Assembly: GCA_002633005.1 (NCBI GenBank)
Contig: NMRA01000635.1
Coordinates: 147,007 to 211,006, forward strand
Direction: 5' to 3'
DNA from: Phoronis australis
Taxonomy: Eukaryota > Animalia > Phoronida
DNA: 64,000 nt
Shown here in pieces: positions 60,801-64,000 of this stretch. A program made the translations under genes and the position numbers. The notes beneath the pieces are model-generated. The model worked only from the letters and a program-made list of their open reading frames with translations. It ran no database searches and was not told where the DNA came from. Each line of letters starts with the position of its first letter. Position 1 is the stretch's first letter.

Positions 60801-62530
60801 AAGGGTTCATGATGATTTTCCAACGACTTCGACTACTGTGGCGCCTTCTAGTGGCAGTTTTGTTTGTTTTTGTGCCCATGGCTGTATCTCCTTAACGCTC
60901 TGCAGGATCTTTATTGAATTTTGTTGGTCTTTTTAAATGAAGTTGACAAAAGAGAACGACTTTCCGACATATTGGACTACTGGTGTGCCGCTAGTGGCAA
61001 TATTTTAGTTTTTTACGTTTTTCACTGTATCTTCAAATTTCATCAACGGATTTTCATAAAATTTGGCAGATAGGCATCTATTAGGGAGGTGACGCTATCT
61101 TCCAGTTTTGGGTTGAATTCGAGGCATTTTGTGCCACCTGGTGGCCATTTTTACTGTTTTTGAGTCTCTTTTTTGAAATATGCCCGTCTGTCAACCAAAC
61201 CACTCTAAGGATGATTGTGGAAATTGACATGTACGTTCCTAATGTGAAGAGGAGGGCTGATGATGATTTTCCAACGATCTCGACAACTGTGGCGCCTCCT
61301 AGTGGCAGTTTTTTAAGCTCATGGCTGCATTTTTTTAACCCTCTGCAGGATCTTTATTAAATGTAACATCTGTATCGAGATGAACTTGACAACAAACGAC
61401 GACTTTCGGATCGACCCGACTACTGATGTGCCCCTTAGTGGCAATTTTGGTTTTTTAATTTTCCTCGGTATCTTTAAAGGTCCTCAACGTATTGTCTTAA
61501 AATTTGGCAGATACGCATCTGTGAGTTGAAACTATCTTCCAGTTTGATTCCTTGTATTTTGCGCCACGTAGTGGCCTTTTTCCTGTTTTTGAGTCTTGTT
61601 ATTGGGCGTCTGTGACTCTCTATCAACCAAACCACTTTAAGGATGGTTGTGGAAATTGGCATGTATGTTCCTAATGTGAAGAGGAAGTCTTTCGATGATT
61701 TTCTGACAACTTCATCTACTGTTGTGCCTCTTAGTGGCAGTCTTGTTTTTTTTGCGCCTATAGCGTCCCTAGTGGTTATTTCATTTTTTTCATTTTTCTT
61801 CGTTCCGTGACAGATTTTTATGAAATATGGTAAACGACTTTGATGACACATACCAGATTTCGGATGGATTCGACATATTTTGTGCCATCTTGTGGCCATT
61901 GTTATGTTCTAAATAAATACCCCTAGAAGCACACTGTTTGTGGTGCATTCGTGGGCGCATTTGTATGTAAAACCTTCTACTATAGATGGCTCACAGTCAG
62001 TGTCAAGGATTACCCACTTCATGGCCGAGTTCCTGTGCCTTTTTGAGAGGGCAATTTTTTCAGCTGAAGGAAACGTTATGGCCTTTATCACTCCTTTGCA
62101 TTATTTTGCTTAGAGTGAACCACAGGATTTTTTCATGGAAATGGGATTAACCTAAGCAGTGGTGCACTCTGGTGTACGATGAATGACTTTCCTTGCTTAA
62201 TACTAATAAAACATTCTGAATCCGAGGTTGCGTGCAAGTTAGAAGCGATTCTAACTTTGAAAGTCATAATTGTTTAGTCACTAGAGGGATTTTCTGGATC
62301 TATTGAGGGGAATTTTTTGGTCACTAGAGGGAGTTTATGGATCTGTTGAGGGGAATTTCGCGTGTCTTTTCAACATTTTTCAAAAACGTGGAGGGCCCAC
62401 CTGGTGACATGTTATTCCTGTTACTGTCATTATGTTGTTCTATTATCCATAGGAATGGTGCGACTATGATGAGAAAGCAGACACCGAGGTTGGAATTTAC
62501 GAAGTGCAGTGGAAATTTGTGAAAGTGTGA
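36731..62530 (+). CDS. CZIB: CXXC-motif zinc-binding protein CZIB (C1orf123/UPF0587, DUF866), 160 aa, 7 coding exons
   Basis: Joining 36731-36736, 44008-44091, 44922-44978, 53827-53908, 55044-55153, 59989-60054 and 62453-62530 gives 483 nt: MVKIALQFKAQLVNVTNVTPVGEDFRWYLKLKCVNCGEE...LKGGRGHASLVLKCQLCSRENSID...FDCRGVEPTDFSPR...EWCDYDEKADTEVGIYEVQWKFVKV*. Two CxxC motifs; colinear with human CZIB as I recall it. Confidence 0.96.
37046..37868. mobile_element. Tc1/mariner-pogo-like MITE
   Basis: TA flanks; TIR core ACCTAATTATCGGACG / CGTCCGATAATTAGGT; inner copies aacctaaatatcggac / gtccgatatttaggtt. Confidence 0.7.
38782..40504. mobile_element. hAT (hATm-like) non-autonomous element
   Basis: TIRs TAGGGTGAGCAAA / TTTGCTCACCCTA; flanks TCATTTAG and TCATTAG (8-bp TSD with a 1-nt indel); AT-rich non-coding interior. 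Confidence 0.75.
41162..41620. repeat. 40-bp minisatellite, left block
   Basis: ataggtccaaaccacattcttttggtg(g/c/t)agttgggttatc, ~11 copies. Confidence 0.95.
43575..43975. repeat. 39-40-bp minisatellite, right block (same unit as 41162-41620)
   Basis: Same unit, plus a 39-bp variant (cacaggccaaaccaggttgttttggtgtagttgggtgat). Confidence 0.95.
44008..44091 (+). CDS. CZIB: CZIB exon 2
   Basis: KIALQFKAQLVNVTNVTPVGEDFRWYLK; ttccag acceptor, gtttgt donor. Confidence 0.95.
44922..44978 (+). CDS. CZIB: CZIB exon 3
   Basis: LKCVNCGEEPDHYQYLTLS; tttcag acceptor, gtaagt donor. Confidence 0.95.
45376..46527 (-). mobile_element. Internally deleted Academ-like (AcademX) element keeping a decayed C-terminal Cys-finger region; boundaries approximate
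   Basis: Decayed frame ESLPTQHAIFQHVKRA...QSL...PNPGQWGW / WTPYWIDL...AC...HYGC...KGK / C.RA...CTTLSKCEGAC at ~45990-46340; imperfect inverted repeats at ~45400-45520 and ~46415-46527. Confidence 0.65.
46674..46834. mobile_element. MITE with 5-bp TSD TACTG (CAG...CTG ends; hAT5-like)
   Basis: TACTG on both sides; removing it restores the HINE unit (ctactgtagcacctcctag); paralogue of 58142-58305. Confidence 0.85.
47881..50398 (-). mobile_element. 5'-truncated CR1/L2-group LINE (inactive), inserted in HINE copy 2 within CZIB intron 3
   Basis: RT ORF with WKSAVVTPLFK, NYRLISILPSISKILEK, QSGFR, FIDLRKAFDAVDH, GVPQGSILGPLLF and YAAD. Frameshifted continuation (LSLNVSKTK, FKYLG, YLDYC; KSFSYSGPLLWNSLP), T-rich 3'UTR, terminal stem-loop and an (AAT/AAAT)n tail. 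No endonuclease domain. Confidence 0.93.
48240..50398 (-). pseudogene. LINE ORF2 reverse transcriptase pseudogene
   Basis: Split over ORFs 48941-50440, 48612-48968 and 48240-48437; the catalytic YADD reads YAAD (49046-49057). Confidence 0.9.
51771..52763. other. Assembly gap (993 N)
   Basis: Run of N. Confidence 1.
52764..53312 (-). CDS. THAP zinc-finger N-terminus of the putative Kolobok transposase (runs into the N gap)
   Basis: MPHCCCVPGCSN...VHRF...RRTWLIRVK...RVCGKHFLPSDYERDLYAELM...RLKKDAIPS: C2CH ligands, conserved W and F, and an AVPT-like box, followed by a Ser/Pro-rich linker; open frame up to the gap. Confidence 0.9.
53827..53908 (+). CDS. CZIB: CZIB exon 4
   Basis: ESSPLKGGRGHASLVLKCQLCSRENSI(D); ttgtag acceptor, gttgtt donor. 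Confidence 0.95.
54246..55013. repeat. 307-bp segment duplicated across a single N (probable allelic/assembly duplication)
   Basis: 54246-54705 (460 bp, with the 150-bp MITE plus 3-bp TSD) versus 54707-55013 (307 bp); only a few SNPs; N at 54706. Confidence 0.9.
54344..54493. mobile_element. PIF/Harbinger-group MITE with CAG (CWG) 3-bp TSD
   Basis: TIRs GGCCCAGTTGCATAAA / TTTATGCAACCCAGCC; CAG duplicated (54341-54343, 54494-54496); the empty site is visible in the adjacent duplicate. Confidence 0.9.
55044..55153 (+). CDS. CZIB: CZIB exon 5
   Basis: (D)IMAESIKPYTAEHSEQLSCMVTFDCRGVEPTDFSPR; tttcag acceptor, gtgagc donor. Confidence 0.95.
55170..55470. repeat. Compound short tandem repeats
   Basis: (tagtaatatacagc)n interleaved with acagttctgttatag units. 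Confidence 0.9.
55727..56838. repeat. 33-bp minisatellite, ~34 copies
   Basis: gtatatagtatggtacattgtgcagttcaaggt; produces spurious repeat ORFs on both strands. Confidence 0.98.
58142..58305. mobile_element. MITE with 5-bp TSD GAACA, same family as 46674-46834
   Basis: CAGTGGCGGATTTAG...CTGGATCCCCCCTG; shared interior (gattccatttggcagt, caaaatcctggctaatact, ctaactcaaagtc). Confidence 0.85.
58506..58841. mobile_element. MITE with 5-bp TSD ATTTT
   Basis: CAGTGGCTGATCTAG...TTAAATCCGCCTATG flanked by ATTTT on both sides. Confidence 0.65.
59437..59490. promoter_or_regulatory. Candidate intronic regulatory site: CTCF-like motif plus perfect RFX X-box
   Basis: TCACCAGGTGGCAGC (59437-59451) and the palindrome GTTGCCATGGCAAC (59477-59490), outside any repeat I recognised. 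Confidence 0.4.
59592..59833. mobile_element. PIF/Harbinger-group MITE (CWG flanks)
   Basis: cag|GGGCCTGTTCCAAGAAACT...AGTTTCGTTGGAACGGGCCC|ctg with a quasi-palindromic interior. Confidence 0.7.
59989..60054 (+). CDS. CZIB: CZIB exon 6
   Basis: VGFAAESTESSTQFPEVDLTEK; cttcag acceptor, gttggc donor. Confidence 0.95.
60270..60347 (-). mobile_element. Degenerate tRNA-derived SINE head
   Basis: Minus strand ggtagtcaTGGCTGTGTGGttag...GAGTTCTGGATCCcag: A-box-like and degenerate B-box-like motifs, no cloverleaf. Confidence 0.4.
60460..61962 (+). mobile_element. HINE family A copy 3 (3' hairpin missing)
   Basis: Starts tttttATGCGCCCAC (60465), same tandem units, ends at the sub-TIR GTGGGCGCAT (61951-61960). 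Confidence 0.78.
62453..62530 (+). CDS. CZIB: CZIB exon 7 (terminal)
   Basis: EWCDYDEKADTEVGIYEVQWKFVKV*; ccatag acceptor, TGA stop. Confidence 0.95.
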   Translation, partial: EWCDYDEKADTEVGIYEVQWKFVKV

Positions 62531-63630
62531 ATCTGTAGTGTGAACAAAGTACGCAATAAGAAGCTGTGTGTTGTACAGCTTATATTACAAAGGACAGGGT
62601 GGAGAAACAATCCAATGGTCAGGTTCATTATCAGGGCTGAACACCAGTTTAGAACTAGTGATCCGATCTGAACGATATTTCCTCAGTGTCACAATAGTTT
62701 GTTGGCTCCCCAAGGACCCATTTTGATAATGCAGCTCTATATGACGACAGTTTGAGTGAGATATAATCAAAGGTCAAAGTTGTTGCTGTAGTAGACTGCT
62801 TGTGGGACTTTGCAGTGAAAACTTTGTTAGGCGTTTCCTAACTGCATTTGTCTAACTATCCATAAGGCTAAGACATTCGTTTCCCCTCGCCCTACCCTCC
62901 CTCCTCCAAGATGGATAGGTAGTTGATAGAAAAAAGTGTCAGAGTGTGCAAAATAGTTTTTGCCGTAATTGCAAGAATAATTCTTTTGCCCAATTTGCAA
63001 ATGAAATGTTTCCAATAAAATATAATTGCTAAAAATTGATCACGCGATACTAAGCAAAAAGTTATTATTTTTTTTACAAAAATCAGCCTCTGGTTCTCAA
63101 AGTGGCTGCAGGAATAGACGTCGGGCCATCGTGTTAACAAAAAAAGCCGTTGGTTGAAAGCCTAACTTCAACGGAATTTTGTTATTTTAGGTGTATTGGG
63201 CAAACCATAGTCATAGCAAAGTCTTAGCAAAATAAGAAAACAAGAGTTCAGTCGCGCATATGTAAGCCCGTTAAATGGTAGGTAAAGCTGCCTTTTCGTG
63301 CCATGTTGCGTCACCACCGCAAGATCCCAGCGCAAACAACAAAAGCCGATAACAGTTGTATTGAATAGCAGTCCATTGCATGTGGGTATTATTCGCAGCT
63401 GTCTGAATTCGGTGATTCTTACGGCGATGTGGACAAGCCAATATGTCTTAACAGTTTGTTACATTTGGCAATTAATGGCACTTGCTGGCTCAGAGCGATG
63501 CTCTTAACATTACAGGTGTTACCATTGAAGATAGGCTTTAAGGCATTCAGTCAGAATGCTTGCAGGTGTGACATTGAATGGTGCTCAGTAAGAGTGGTTC
63601 ATATTGGAGCAAAAGCAATCAGCTTAGAGG

Positions 63631-63810
63631 CATTTGTGGGCTGAAGTTCCCACAAGACTTCCCTCACATTTGTGGGCTGAAGTTCCCACAAGACTTCCCT
63701 CACATTTGTGGGCTGAAGTTCCCACAAGACTTCCCTCACATTTGTGGGCTGAAGTTCCCACAAGACTTCCCTCACATTTGTGGGCTGAAGTTCCCACAAG
63801 ACTTCCCTCA
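63631..63810. repeat. 36-bp tandem repeat x5 with internal hairpin
   Basis: catttgtgggctgaagttcccacaagacttccctca; stem TTGTGGG/CCCACAA; no spacers. Confidence 0.97.
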
Positions 63811-64000
63811 AAGCTTGCCTTTCTTGGGGGTATGTAACTCTTGTGCCTCCTAGTGGACCGAGGTTCCCAAGAGACTACAAACCTTCATTTCTAGGGTTAT
63901 GAGGAGTGACTCTGGTGAATTTCAAGTCGTCCATTGTTTCTGTCCTTAAAATCCAACTGCTGAAATATATTTTTTTTATTTTTTATTTGTTTATCCCTGT

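Noticed and set aside
63631-63810. CRISPR-like 36-bp palindromic repeats
   Set aside because: Units are directly adjacent with no spacers, there are no cas genes, and the context is eukaryotic; it is a simple tandem repeat.

Overview
Intron-rich, AT-rich animal genomic DNA; the transposon repertoire and the F-type lectin suggest a marine invertebrate (inference). Three host genes can be rebuilt by hand from splice sites and reading phase. (1) A secreted F-type (fucose-binding) lectin on the minus strand: signal-peptide exon 10527-10581 and lectin exon 531-734, probably continuing left of the window. (2) A complete 7-exon SLC25 mitochondrial carrier, 281 aa, minus strand, 28314-36154. (3) A complete 7-exon CZIB/C1orf123 orthologue, 160 aa, plus strand, 36731-62530, head-to-head with the SLC25 gene. 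The rest is nested mobile DNA: three Helentron-associated (HINE/DINE-like) elements whose ~145-bp central repeats each carry a co-oriented CTCF-like motif, a second HINE-like family rich in YY1-like motifs, a young THAP-encoding Kolobok-type element with a matching MITE, a 5'-truncated CR1/L2-group LINE, a solo LTR next to a 2A-like (DVESNPGP) remnant, Academ-, ISL2EU-, hATm-, pogo-, Harbinger- and P-like elements, MITEs with 5-bp TSDs, and many minisatellites. There is a 993-N gap at 51771-52763. No prokaryotic-type system (CRISPR etc.) is supported. All family assignments come from recognising motifs by eye, not from database searches.
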